Source of the DNA: Callorhinchus milii
Lineage: Eukaryota
Reading direction: 5' to 3'
NCBI RefSeq assembly: GCF_018977255.1
Contig: NW_024704742.1
Coordinates: 44,518,001-44,582,000 of the forward strand
Length of the DNA: 64,000 nt
This document shows positions 11,971 through 25,639 of this stretch, in pieces (within the stretch, counting starts at the first letter, position 1; each line of letters opens with the position of its first letter). The position numbers and the translations under genes were made by a program. Below the pieces are notes generated by a model, which searched no databases, was not told the DNA's origin, and saw only the letters and a list, made by a program, of their open reading frames with translations.

Positions 11971-13339
11971 TTGGTTGGGAGCTCATTGTGGTGTACAGTT
12001 TGAATTAGCAACCTCCTCTTGACAGAGGCGAGAGTGCTATCAATTCTGAGTCAAACTGTACCTCACGCAAATCCTCAGCAGAGAAAGACACTGGGTTAAA
12101 TTTCAAACACTGAATTTCCTCAGATACTAATCTTATGCATGCATTTTCCATCTGGAAACTGATCTGAAAAAAAATCTTACATATAAAGGATCAGTTGAAT
12201 TACAATACAACTGATCATTGCTCATTCTAATGTTGGATGTAATATTAATCTGAGAAACCACATTAGCTGATTTGGAATATACTTTACAGTAATGGTTAGA
12301 TATCTAGCATTCAGAATCTAGGTAAAATGAATAATAAAGCTAATATCCATCCACATACAAGGTGCTCACACTCAAAGACCTGCTGTCACTGTTCATTGAA
12401 ACTGACACTGTTCCAGAAATTTGCATTATCGTTGTTAACATAAGAAGTGACATTCTGTTCAACAGAAACATTTAGAATTTGAATTGATTAACACATTCAA
12501 CAAACATTTCTGTTATTTTCCTGCCTTTTTGATCATCAATATTTCTCTTGGTTTTACGAAATGCGGTGCCCAATGTTACCCAATGGCTATGACAAGTTAC
12601 TGATACATGGGTTTGTGTGATATATGTCAGTATTACTATGTGCTGTCACTGTAAGATCTTTGCACCTACAGGTACATACTTTGAAGTACTTTGCTGTTGC
12701 CTTTAGAAACGCAACAATGAACTCATCAACTCAGAAGCACAGAATAAGACAACCCTGACATTGCAAATATTATTTGCTCTATTACCTACCTGAGTCATTA
12801 GAAACATATGCCAGCTGCTCATCCTTCTGTTTTTCCTATACCTTTCTTAATTTTGTATTTTTGTATTTCAGCAATAGTAACCATTTGCTGCTGTGTAAGG
12901 GATGAATGTTAGATTCAAAATTGAGATGATAATGAAGTAAACAAGTTAGATGTGAGTTTAACTTCATGCTTTTTGAAGGGAGATGGTCACGCAATATTAA
13001 TTTAAAGACATTGTGACATGACATGCCATATTGTAAGTTTAAATTTATACTCCACGGTAACACTTAGCACAATCCTCATCATCAAGTATTCATAAAGGCA
13101 GTGTGTATTTTGAAAAGATTTATTTCCACATCAAACTATTTGGTTGGCCCTCATCCACTGTCAGAACTACCAGCTGTTTGGCAATTAAAAGTTCAGTGAT
13201 GAAGAATGACATTTCAGTCTGTTTTTGTTTTCCAATTGATCGCTGAAACTCCAATGAAAACAGTGATCACAGCAGGGGGCATTGCTGTGCAAGCCTCACA
13301 GGAACATACCAGTCTTATAAGCCAACCTGAACATTTTTT

Positions 13340-13610
13340 TTAGAAGTCTCCTCTTAACCTTCTCTGCTCCAAGGAGAATAATTCTAGCTTCTCTAGCCTC
13401 TCCTGATAAGTGAAGTCCCTCATTCCTGGTACCATCCTGGTAAATCTCCTTGGCACCCTCTCCAATGCCTTGACTTCCTTCCTAAAGTGTGCTGCCCAGA
13501 ACTGAACACTGTCTTCTATCTGAGGCCTAGCCAGTGTTTTATAAAGGTTCATCATAACTTTCTGACTTTTGTATTCTATGCCCTATTTATAAAGCCTAGT
13601 AACCTGTATA
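13340..13610 (-). mobile_element. CR1 ORF2 fragment
   Basis: ORF 13340..13555 NLYKTLARPQIEDSVQFWA..LEQRRLRGD. Confidence 0.9.
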
Positions 13611-13959
13611 TTTAATTAATCTAAACAGAACCACAGAAAATACTTGGCACAGCACTTGATTTCTTGAGAACATTGCTGTCTCAGGTTGAAACTTGCCATT
13701 AGATTGACTGTATTTAGGGTATTTGATCATTAAAATTGGAAGCATTTTACGTTTGTACATTACTTTCTATTTAAAATATTAGACTTGCCTTAGAAGCTCT
13801 ACACACTGGAAGTGAATGGTAAGTATATATCAATGGATTTGCCAATTTGACCTTACCAAAGGATTCTGAATATCTTGTATTTTGTTAAATTTTTAATTTC
13901 TTAAAATGGAATCGCTGCCCGTCATGTACAGGATTAGTGTATGGATGGGTGATTAATTA

Positions 13960-14110
13960 TCTGTGTGATTATTAAAATGGTATTTAAAAGGGAATCAGAT
14001 AAATACTTAAGGGAAATAATCTTAACGTTTATGGGGAAGGAACAGTTTAATTAAGATAACTAGCTCCAGTGGGGGCACTAACATTGATACCCTGGTTCTA
14101 ATGATTCTAC
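13960..14110 (+). mobile_element. Old CR1 3' end
   Basis: tttaaaagggaatcagataaatactt..tatggggaag..gttctaatgattcta tail. Confidence 0.6.
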
Positions 14111-15084
14111 AATTCACATTTGTGGGATGACAGTATCAAAAGAAGTAACTCTTTTTAAGAAATGGGAATTGTAGCTGCTGAATTGTATTTCCTGAGGAAA
14201 AAAAAGGCGGTCGGTTTTCCCATAGAAACTCCAGAACATAATTGATATCATATTTTGATATTGGGTTTGATATTTTGCAGACTGCAGCTTTGGGTGGGTT
14301 AAGAACCCATTAGGCATCATGTTCTGGGCATTGATGTGTCTGAAACACTAATGGAATCTGCTGCTCCTGTTTTTCCTCCTCCTACTAAACTGCTATGGTC
14401 ATAGATTTTGGAAACGTTAGCTATGGAAAACAGAGCACATAATTGGAGAGTTGGTCGGGTGGAGATGGATTGACAAGCTCCAGGACAGCTCCAAGGGAAA
14501 TACTGCTCCACTCCACCTGAACTGAAAGTTCACTTTTATCCATCATATCCACTCTGATCCTATATTATCTGTCTGTCTGGCTTATTTCTGTGTTTGTTTC
14601 TTTTTGTTTCCAGTTGTTTCTTGGTATTAAATAGCTGTGTTGCTTTGAGTTTTCAGACATCGCTTGAGGCAGGATCATGTGTATTGCTTTTGTTTCAAAG
14701 TAACTTTAGAAAGATTCACTTGGTGCCAACTACCTTGCTTAACTGCATATAGATATGATCCAAGACGGAACAGGGTTGTTTAACTGCATTGTTAAGGCAT
14801 GCTGACGCAGACACAAGGATAACTGGCTTGTGGAGGCCAAGCATTTATAACAACATTTTTTTTTGATCCTACGATGAAAGCTCTCCTTACCATTGTGAAG
14901 CAGAGTTCACCACAAATACACAGACACTCCATTTCACAGTAAATCATGTGAAGCGCTTTGGGATGTCCTCCTGACATGAAATGCGCTGCACCAAATACAA
15001 GGATTATTTTTATTATTATTTTTATGTTGTTGCAGCTGAGATCACTCCGTAGAGATAGGTTCTAAATTGTTTTCAGTGAATGAT

Positions 15085-15360
15085 TTGTACCCGAGCTGGG
15101 GTTGGAATCAAGAGGGGTGGAGGATAAGGGAATGGGGGCGGGAATATGATCAAAGGCATGGTCAAAGAGGAAGGTCTTGAGGCAGGCCTGAAATTTAATG
15201 AAGCAGGAGATTACACAGGTAGGGTAAGTGAGGAATTTAAACACAAGGACAGGGATCTTGAATTCGATCCACTGGGGATAGGGAATATAGGCAAGCGAGC
15301 ATGGGGCTGATAAAACTCACAAATCCGGGTTTGTGAGAGGACACCGACTAGAGTTCTGCA
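15085..15360 (-). mobile_element. L2 3' fragment
   Basis: ORF 15062..15244 contains ACLKTFLFDHAF, the L2 ORF2 C-terminus. Confidence 0.75.
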
Positions 15361-16069
15361 TAATATTTTTTTTGTAAATAAATGTATGCTTTCACATTGG
15401 GTGAACATGTCAAAGTGCTTTACAAGAGCTGAGCAGGAGCCTTAGCTCAGAAGGAAGTGGGAGTGGGGAGGGGTGTAATCGATTAGATATATAATTAAGA
15501 ATCAATCAATTAATTATTTATTAATATTTATTTATTCACCAGGAATCTTTCCTGACACAATCTTGTTTACAACAACAAATCTCACTGCGTCAGAAGCCAG
15601 GTGATTGGACATCACTAGTTGACAGTTTGACAAAATGAGGAAAACAGCAGGTTCACGTTCAGTTATGGTTAAGTGTTAACTCAATTTGAAATTGCCAGTT
15701 TCTTGACATTGATTCAATGGAGCCAATACAAAGGAACAGTGTTTCATTCTCTAAGAGCCTGACTGAATACTGTAAGAAAGTAAATTGCGATCTCAAAACT
15801 GTCTCCAGGAACTGAACTTAAATAAATGTTTTTAAAGAATGTAATTAAGAGAATCAGTCAGTGCAAAGACTAAGATTAATACCTTATGACTGAAAACATC
15901 AGTTTCCATTTATCTGTGAGCCTCCTTCCACCATACCTTATGCGCAAAGCAAGAGGGAGGTTAGTGTTCAGACATTTACTGCAAGTGGGAGCACTGCAGT
16001 TGCACTGTTTATTCCAGTCTTGAATTAATTCACCTGGCATATATCTGATATTAAACCTGTCAGTAGGAA

Positions 16070-16400
16070 AACATAGAATCAGAGAGTTTACAGCATAGAG
16101 GGAGATTGTTTGGCACATTTTAACTGGTGATACTAGCTCGCCCAATGGAGCTATCTAGTTTTTAATAATCCCCTACCCATTTTCTTTCTCATGATCCATT
16201 AATATTATTTTTCTTCACATATTTATCCAATTAATTTTCAACCACTGAAATTGACTCAACTTTAACGATCATTTGTGGATAGCATTCCAATTCTAATATA
16301 ATAGGAACCCTTACATTTGATGTAGAGTCTTCATTTCAAATAGCCCTTTGTGCAAAAAAAAATCTTCTGAGCTCCTTCTTTATTCTTCTGGTGCTAATCA
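16070..16400 (-). mobile_element. Old CR1 3' end
   Basis: catagaatc..tttacagcatagagggag tail orientation as at 63812. Confidence 0.6.
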
Positions 16401-19049
16401 TCATAGATTTTTGTCAGTAAATCATGCTTCAGTGTAAATTATGGAGTAAAATTACTTAACTCTTTTCTTAGTGCCACGATTAACAATGTTTGGTGTATGC
16501 TTAGTATTTGCTTTCGGACACTACCCTATGTGAGGGACACAATATAAATGCAAGTTATTGTTGTAATATTTCTATTTTCATACTGAAGCTTCTGTATTAC
16601 CTTGCCTGGCCACTGATGACAGTATTTCCAGTGTGATTGGAATCAATAAGTACCGAAGTATCACAGTTCACGCTTGTAAAGTTTGAATACATTTAGCATA
16701 TAAAATAAGCGAAAACAAATCTAATTCCATTTCTATTAGCTAATGAGGGTTTCACCTTTCCTTCAAGTTGTTCAGCGCTTTGGGACATCCTCCTGATGTG
16801 AAAGACGCTATACAAATGTAATTTGTTGTTGTTTGCCTTTTTTTCCAGCATTTCTGGGCAAAATAGAAACATCTATCATCGAGGGAGGGGGAGGAGGGTT
16901 CCCCAGCCACACAGGGCAGATCCACAATAAACCAAGACATTGTTGTCAAGATTGCTGTCTGGCTCAGCATTAAGATTTGGAGGTGCAAACGGGTTGTCCT
17001 AGCTGGAGAAGCCTGGTGCCATTGACACACAAATGTCCTTAGAGAGCCAATTGCCATATAATTGTTGCAGTTTCCCTTTTCTGCTATCTCATTGCATTCA
17101 TTTCAAGCAGAGCTGCCTTTGTAAAGACCTCCGGAGATAGTAATTTTGCTTTTTGCAGACCGTGAGGATTGCATTGATTGTGACTCGTCATCTTCCCATT
17201 AAAATGTAAAAATCTGAACATATCTCAGTAAATGAGAGTATACGCTGGAAACCATAATTAATTCAAAGCATGCAACAGCTTTTTTTTAATGACTGCCTGG
17301 CTTTCTGTTTCAGCATGGCATTCTGCTAATAAAGCTTGTGAACAGCTTATGACCTGCTTAAAACTGCCATTGGTGAAGCCAGTGAGATGAAGCTAATGTT
17401 TGCTGCAGGAGACTGGTTTTATGGAGCGAGAAGGCATTTCAAAGAGCACAATGTTCCGACTGTGCCTTGGAGTTAAATTATGATATTTACCTTGTTGTGA
17501 TACGTAGCTAGAAGAAAAATTACGAGAAAGATAATCATTTGCTTTTGTTTAGTGACTTGAAAAAATGTGCGTTTTAAAAATGTCACTTGATATTTCCATT
17601 ACACCATTACTAATCTTTCAAATTGCCTTGACAGTTCTACTTTTGGCAAAAATAAAAGTTGTTTGACTGCAATACATTAGGTGTGATGTACTTAAACTTC
17701 TTAAACCTTGACCTTATTGGTTTTACTAGGTAAACTGCTTTAGGATATTCTCACAACTTGAAAGGCATGATAAATATGTACATTTGTATTGTAAACCTCC
17801 TCCTATGTTATTTCAAGCAAAAAACTCATTTTCTCAAAATACCGACTGAAAATTAACTGGTTAATTTCAATACCATTGAGGTTCAATTTATGTTTTTTTC
17901 TTAATAAGCAATTTGTATCACTCAAATGGGGACTCCCTCCAGTCTGTGTTATGTTGACCACTAGAATTCTACTCCAATGAAAACTATTTCTGGAGTGGAG
18001 TTTCCATGAGGATGAACTCCATTATGAAATACTAAAAAATAAACCCCGTTTGTTCAGACCCATGAATAAATATGGTGCAAGCTATCTGCCGTTGAATGAT
18101 TATTGGCAACTTACATCCCCTTTACATTACAATGCTGCTATCTGTGACAGCCTTGACAGCTCTGTAATGTGCAGGTAGTAATGCTACTAACGTGAGAGGA
18201 GCTGGGACACACCAAGAGAGTGGAGGGATGAATATGGGAGAAACATTATCTCCTCTTACTTCATCCCTCTTCAGTTTTCTTCGTAATTGCCAAAAAGCTC
18301 AACACATGTTCTCAACTGTTCTCCTTTGTTTCTCAGGGGAGATAGTGTTGCCAGTGGCATACGCCATCATTTTTCTGCTGGCATATGGACTGAGTCTTCA
18401 ATACACCTCTATAGATCAATATTGTGGGGTTTTGCATTCCTGGCCTGGACAAGACTTCCCCAAGGTGTTTGACCACAAAACGCAAAATTCATACTTGTGC
18501 AGTTGCTTCCTTGTTGCTGCCTGTTTTGTGGAATCGGCTCCATAAAGTAACCAGGGTGGATTCTACAGCTCTGAAGCTGTGACTTTACAGAAGTGCTGTA
18601 TGCTGAAATCTCTGCAGGAGAAAGGAGGTTTAGAATGTAGCAAAAGTGCTTGTAAAACATGAACTGGGTGGACATGTCAGGAGTTTAAATCATTAAGTGC
18701 AGTCCATAAATCACTGTTTCTGAAAAAAATTTTTATTAGGACACTGATGTTTCACTCTGCCATGAATGAAGTGAAAAGTGAGGTACAATTCAAACATAGT
18801 TTTATGTATTTTAATCACCTACAAATAAAACTACGTATAAATTCACAGATGGCTTAACAGTCCAATCTCCTGATAGTTTGCTCTGAAGAATACATTTTTG
18901 TTTGGTAAGACGGGTGTCTGAAACATGCAGAAACCTACTACCATGCTAACAAGTATTCAAACCAGACTGAGAGTTCCACATATGTATGCCACCGACATGT
19001 GTAAATGTCCCTGAGTCTGAGAGGGAGAGATGCATCCTACTTACCTAGT

Positions 19050-19381
19050 TTTGGAAAGTAGGTGCAGGTTGGATAGAGCGCTTTATTGTTGGAGGTTCTG
19101 TTCTCTGGATGAGACATGAAACCAAGGCCCTGTCTGCCTGTTCAGGTGGACTTTAAAGATCCCATCTCACTACTTGAAAAGAGAGATTTCTCCCCGGCCA
19201 TAATCCCTTAAATTAAATTGTTCATTCACTCCTTGGTTATTTATGGGACATTGCTGTGTGCAAAATTGACTGCCGCGTTCAGCAAACAAAATACATTTTA
19301 CAGCATATCCTGTGAAGCGCTTTGAGACATCATTCTGAGGTGAAAGGTGCATAATCAAATGCAAGGATTATTATTATTATT
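19050..19381 (+). mobile_element. Deu-domain SINE
   Basis: ggatgagacatgaaaccaaggccctgtctgcctgttcaggtgga core; caaggattattattatt tail. Confidence 0.85.
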
Positions 19382-22014
19382 GCTATTGAAGAACCAGGAT
19401 ATGATCTCTATCTCTACTCTATTGCTTGTTCACTGGTATAGGCCTATACTGCTATAGAAATTTAGCCTTTCAGATAACCCTGAATATATTTGAAATATTT
19501 CTATAGACAAAGATTTCAACTGCCATCATAGTGTTTAGACATTTTTAAACCCTTCAAGTATTGCTATAGCCTTCAAACTGTGGTTATTATTGTAGCAGTA
19601 TATTTGCAGAGATTTTTTTTATCCTTGAGTTTAAAATACAAATCAGTTGCATGGCCAATAAAGCAGACTGATAGTGACTGCAAATGGCGAAACTGATGAA
19701 AGCTTATTTTGGAATAATTCAAAAGTATTTAAGTTATGACTACTACCTCTATTACAACGAAGATAGCAACATTTTATATTTTAGATCATCCCTTCTCATT
19801 TACACTTTCCAAATCTGTTTAGAAACTCATTCATATCAATTGGAGTCTTTGCATAATTTCACACCATTTTGCACAGTATAATAAACATAATCTCTGTTAC
19901 AAAGCTCATATTGAGCATGCTGCTGGAATGAATTAGAAATTGGAATGCTAAAGAGAGATGTGCCAACGTGCATTGGCTTTAGAACTTTCAATGGTTTAGC
20001 CTTGTACTAGGGCTAGTGTACATTGAATTACAGATGTTCTACATTGTTATGTTTGCTTAAACGTGCTAGAATAATAGACTTCTAAAGTGCAGACCAAGGC
20101 AAACAGTTACAATCTGTGAAGGAGGTTTCATTACCTGATCGTGATGGAATCCTGATTGGATTGTAGTACTCTAATTTACCAGTTGAAACAATGATGATGC
20201 CGTTTCCTAGATATGCACTGGGAATAGTGTCATATTACCGATCTTGTGGGAAATCCAGGCTAGCTTTAGTCGGAAATTTGAGTGCATTTACTTCAAATCA
20301 AGTGATTCTCAAGCAAAGGAGAATAGATGAGAGCGTGTGATGATCTTTTTTGTGAATTATTGCAGAGAACTGAAGACCAATGAAGTAAGAGAGGAGATAA
20401 CGTTTCCCACCATATCCGTTCCTTCAGCTGCTTGCCTGAGGTTGAAAATCTGTAGTGTCTGCATGTTACAGGTTCTCAGGAGAGGAAAGTGATAACTGAT
20501 AAATAATGCCCCATTGTTACCAGGCTTTGTGTCTCACAAAACAAATCTTAATGAAACAATTAGATGCCGTGCACAGCAGGTTAAAGCATCCAGGAAATGA
20601 ACATCAACTTTCATATGTTGCAAGTTCAAAACTCTGACTTCATTCCTGACCCTAATAAAATACTAAACACAACGTGTAGGTTGGATCGCCTTCAGACAAC
20701 GATCACATTTAAATTACATCTTAAATTACATTTAGGTTGAACTTGGATGTGATGAAATTTCTGCTGAGATAAAACCGCAGCAAAATCCTAATGTATCATT
20801 TAAAATCTACTTTGATGTCTGATAAGATTAACTACTTACCGAGATTAGGCCTGGCTTCGGCAACACTAGGTGATTATATCATTGCACGCAGACCTGACAT
20901 TTTCTTGTTTCCTAGTAATCTCTTTTGTAAATGTTCGTGCAATTGCAAGGTCAGTACATTTTGTACTCTTTCATTTATCTCACGGTGATATTCAGACATT
21001 TTCTTCTCTGTGTTTTGAGTTTCTAACCAAAAATAGAAAAGGATAATTTTGCAGCACAATGTTTCAGAATCCTATATTTCAAGAAAAAATATAGAAGGGA
21101 GAAGGGAAATATTCCTCATGATCATTTCAAGGGCCTTTAAGAAAGATATCTGATAGAAAAGACCTCCCAATTATCAGATAGGGGATAAATTGAAATTTTC
21201 CACAGAGTAGCAACGTGTCGTCTGTGGTTCACAAATTAATATTAATAATAATCCTTGTCATGTAAATGAGGAGGTTCTTTGAACAGATGATGATAAGGAC
21301 AAAGTAAGATCAGTGCAACACATTGCTGTAGACAATATTACTTTGAAATAGGGGTGCACCATTGCATGATTTCCTAGAAATGGGTCCATTACAGTACCGA
21401 AACTTACAAAAGTGTATGTTTGGTTATCAAAAGAAGTTTCTAGAAAATAGTGTGCATAGAGGCAGGTATAGGATCATACTTGGATGCACCATTAAAAATG
21501 ATGGAAGCAATCTCAGTGCCCCATTTCCCTGCACATGAGATGAGGAGCAGAGGTTGTCTCTTTCATTTTCATTTAAAAAGTAGCTTGGTGCTGTGATGGG
21601 AGGACGAGAGCGTAGGTGTTCTGGTGGGATGAGATCAGATGGTTTAAGGGCCTTATTCGTCTGTATCAATCTTGTGATCTTGTCTGTGATTCCTCCCTTG
21701 TCCTGCGCCTGCCATCCCTTTTCCTTGGTCCATCCTGCCATACCCTCCACTTTGCCTCTAACCCAGCAAACAGCCAAGTCTCCACCTTGAGCTTAAGAAA
21801 GATACAGTATTTGAGTTGGATATCACATTCATCCTTCCCATAGAGCAGTGGGAACATGAGCAGAGGAGAAGAAGAGGAAGTTCATCTTCCTCCCAATAAA
21901 AGCCCTTCTCCTGCATAACAAGCCAACATTGCATCAAGCACGACAACTGCATTTAGCCACTCAGATCAAAACATCTCAAAGGACAAGGCAGTGCTACATA
22001 CAACACAATAGTGT

Positions 22015-22862
22015 TTGCACTTGTACAGTGCCTTTCACGTTGGGAGGACGTCTCAAAGTACATCTTTACAGTGCTGGACCGGCACTCGAGCCGGGGATGT
22101 GAAATGAGGTGGATGGGGAGTCGAAAATTGGCTGAAAGTGCCATCAAAGAGGTGTGTTTGAGATGTGCCTTGAAAGAGGGGAAGAAGGGAGTGTACAGGT
22201 TGATAAGGAGTTAGCAGGTTGGAGAGGTAAGTGGAGGCAAGGCAAGGATTTTGAACTCAATCTTTTGAAGGATGTGGAGCCAGTGGAGCTGGGCGAGGAT
22301 GGGTGTGATGGAGAGGACACAAGTTTCAGAGTTCTTGATGATCAGCAGCTTGTGGAGGGAGAAATTGGGAAGGCTGACAAGCAAGGCATTAGGATAGTTG
22401 TGCCTGGATGTAATGAAGGCATGTATGAGGGTTTCGGCGGCCTGAGGGGTGAGGCAGTGGCAGAGTCAGGCAATGTTGCGTAAGTAGGGGAAAGTCATGG
22501 CACGGATGTGGGGGAGAAAAGACAGTTGAGGATTGAACACAATGGCTAGGTTCCTGACTGGCTTGGTAAGGTGGAGTGTGGATCCATGGATGCTGATGCT
22601 GCCAGTGCCTGAGATGTGGAAGTGCTGGCGTGATCAATCAGGAGAGCCTCAGTCTTGGGGTTGGCTCTCATCCAGGACTTGCTGAATGACAGACATTCTG
22701 TCAGGACATCAGTTGTCCTGGAATCGAGGGTGGAGGCACAGAGATAAAATTGGGTGTCATCCGCATACGTGTGGAAGTTGACTCCTTGTCTGTGGATGAG
22801 GTCACCAAGATGGAACGTGTACAGGTTGAAGAGGAGAGGACCGAGGACAGAGTCCTGAGGAA
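22015..22862 (-). mobile_element. L2 LINE, RT to 3' end, with internal deletions
   Basis: Reverse complement of 26080-27080 segments; YADDTQ motif at ~22750-22770. Confidence 0.88.
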
Positions 22863-24029
22863 CAAAATGGACAAAAGGATATGGAATTCAGGTTTCATGG
22901 ATCAAGTCTTTCATTTGTTATGTTTGCTTAATAAACATACAAGAAAATATAAATTTTTTGAGATACATTGAAATATTTTTTTCTATCCTGAGGATATGTT
23001 CACAACATGTATATATCTCCTCTTAGCCATCTAAGCTTGGTTCCCTGGAGCCAGTTCAATCCCAGGGAGCCCTGGTTACCTTTCTCATTCAGCCAAGTCA
23101 AGTCATTTTAGTCATGATTCTTATGTTGTTGACTTTAAAGGAATGAAGCATACCAGCTGGGATTTGAATCCTGCCAAGAGAAGTTCGTCGCAATTTGTGC
23201 TCTCTGACTAGATGTTTATCAGATCCCCTCTCCCCCAGTGCTCTCTAAGACCCTTCTCCCCATGCCTTATAATTCATACGATTAGGCCATTTTAGTTTAA
23301 AGAAAGGATATTTGGGTGATACGTTCAAGCTGTGCATTTGGACAAGATTTCAAATATCGCAGTGGCATTACTTATTAGTCATTTTAGTGCAGTTTAGCCT
23401 AAGAGGATATTCAAAGTAGGAGCAGAGTTCAATGAGATTTTTAAGATTTGCCATATTGGTGCTGTGAAGCTATGGATGGGGAATTTGGCTGTTTCTCAAT
23501 AGTAACCCGTTGATTCTTCATTCTCACATTGCTTTCTTGCATTCTTAATTTCACAAAGTATGCGATTCTTGTGGGACCGCTCCACTTTTGTCATTTCAAA
23601 ATGATAAGAAGATTGTGTTACAATGACTTTGTGTACATCAAACAATGTTGCTGCGCTGTGAGGGACACAGCCCTAAACCCTGAGCATCTAACAGAGAATG
23701 AGGTTAGAAAAAGGACCTCATGAATAATTTAAACTTTTAAATTAATTTTCCAATATTCAAATATTTGCCATAATACACAGCCCGGAGAGAAATGTACACA
23801 GTTTGATGAACAGCAGGCTGAATCTGAAATGTTGTAAAAGAAAATTGAGTGTCAACAAAAAGGGAACAGAACTGTAGCATTTCTAAATGCATTCTGTTTC
23901 TTCACTTTCAACAGCAATAATCTACGACAGTTAATGACATGCTTAGAACTGAACTCCCTCCTGACATCAGGAGAATGGTTTCTCCCTCCAGTCTTTTCAC
24001 AAATGAATTGCTGGCATCTTGTATAATAT

Positions 24030-24290
24030 TTTTCAGGTGAATGTAAAAGATCCCAAGGCACGCTTTGAAAAAAAAGGGATTTTTCTCCCCGTATTATGGC
24101 CAACAATTTCTCCAGTTAAAACTCACCATACCTTTCATGGCTGTTTGTGGGACATTGCTATAATCAAATTGGCTGCCATGTTCACTTACAAAATATGTAG
24201 TCACTACACTTTACAATAAAATCCTGTGAAGAGCTTTGAGATGTCCTCCCGATATGAAAACTGCTATGCCAAGTCCAAGGATTGTTAATT
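24030..24290 (+). mobile_element. Deu-domain SINE, 3' part
   Basis: tcaggtgaatgtaaaagatcccaaggcac..gtttgtgggacattgc..tgtgaagagctttgag. Confidence 0.8.
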
Positions 24291-24649
24291 ATTTATAGTT
24301 TATCACTGTTAAGCTCTACGAGACACGACCTATGAAGGGGACTCTATAAATGCAAGTTGTTACCATTGTTGAAAGCCTGTTTAGTTGCCTAGGTTCATAA
24401 TATTTTAACTTAAAATGTTTATTTTTTTAAAAACAATTTGTCCACTCCCTGGTGAAAAATCATGAAATCCACACTTCCCGTGGCCCTTTTCTAAACCTAT
24501 AAATTTTTTGGCTGTTCATTTTTTAAAAAACTTTTGGCCCTTAAATCGCAGTCAGTCGGAACCATCTGACATCAAGGCTACTTTGGTACCAAGGAAGAGA
24601 TCTGCCTGCGATACCGAAGATGCCAAGAAACTTTGTTTGTACATAGCAT

Positions 24650-24815
24650 TTAATATTTGCTGTATGCAATTGGCTGCCGCATTTCACCCATAAAATACAC
24701 AGTCAATTTACTTTATAATATATTCTGTGAAGCGCTTTGAAATGTCTCAACAACGTGATAAGGTTCTATATATTAAATACAATGATTATTATTATTAGTA
24801 GTATTATTATTATTA
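24650..24815 (+). mobile_element. SINE 3' end with (ATT)n tail
   Basis: caattggctgccgc..tgtgaagcgctttga..attattattatt. Confidence 0.75.
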
Positions 24816-25639
24816 AATACCTTAGCTGCTTTCTATATTTTCTCTAGACATGGCAAGAGCTTTATGCCTCGAAGTGGAAGAGATTGTGCACTTCATAATT
24901 GGTAAACAGAAATTCCTCTTCTATAAGTGTCCTCACACACAAATACTGTCCACTTGACAGAGGTGCCAGACAATGATTAGTTCACTGAAACTTTTCCCCA
25001 GTATGAGTGGAAGCTGAAAGTGCTCGGACTGACAAACAGAAGGCTTGGGGAAGATCTTATTGAAGTATTCAATATTCTACAACAACAAAAACAACAAAAT
25101 TACATTTCTATAGCACCTTTCACATTGGCAGGAAGTCCCAAGGCATTTTTCGAAACAGTATAGATAAAATGTACCCTAATAATTTATTTAATACAATCCT
25201 AAAATATAAAACAAGAAGAGGGAACACAGTTCAGATTTAGTAATGTTATGCAAGATGATGATGATTTAAAATATACCGAGAGATGAGGTGGAGGCAGTTT
25301 GCATCAGTAAAATTCAAGAGGAGGATTTTGAATGCTATGTGGTAAATAATTTGTCTGCGAGCATGAGAGGGAAAAATATGTAGGATTATTAGATTATTTG
25401 GGCTGCTGCGGTCTTTTCCAGTCCTCTTCCTTCCTATACCATTTAAAATCAGCACCTTTGAGAGAAGACGGTGAAAATTCCCTATTGGCGAGGGGAGGTG
25501 AAGCAAAAGAAAGATAATAAGCAAAACACACCAAGAGAAATAAAACAAGTATTGGAAGCAGTGACACTGTGTTCATGGACCTAAATTAAAAGCATAGCAA
25601 ATGACAATTACATATGTAGTTTTCATACATCTTCACTCT

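Noticed and set aside
18340..18395. GPCR TM1-like peptide IVLPVAYAIIFLL
   Set aside because: The conserved GN motif and all downstream helices are absent.
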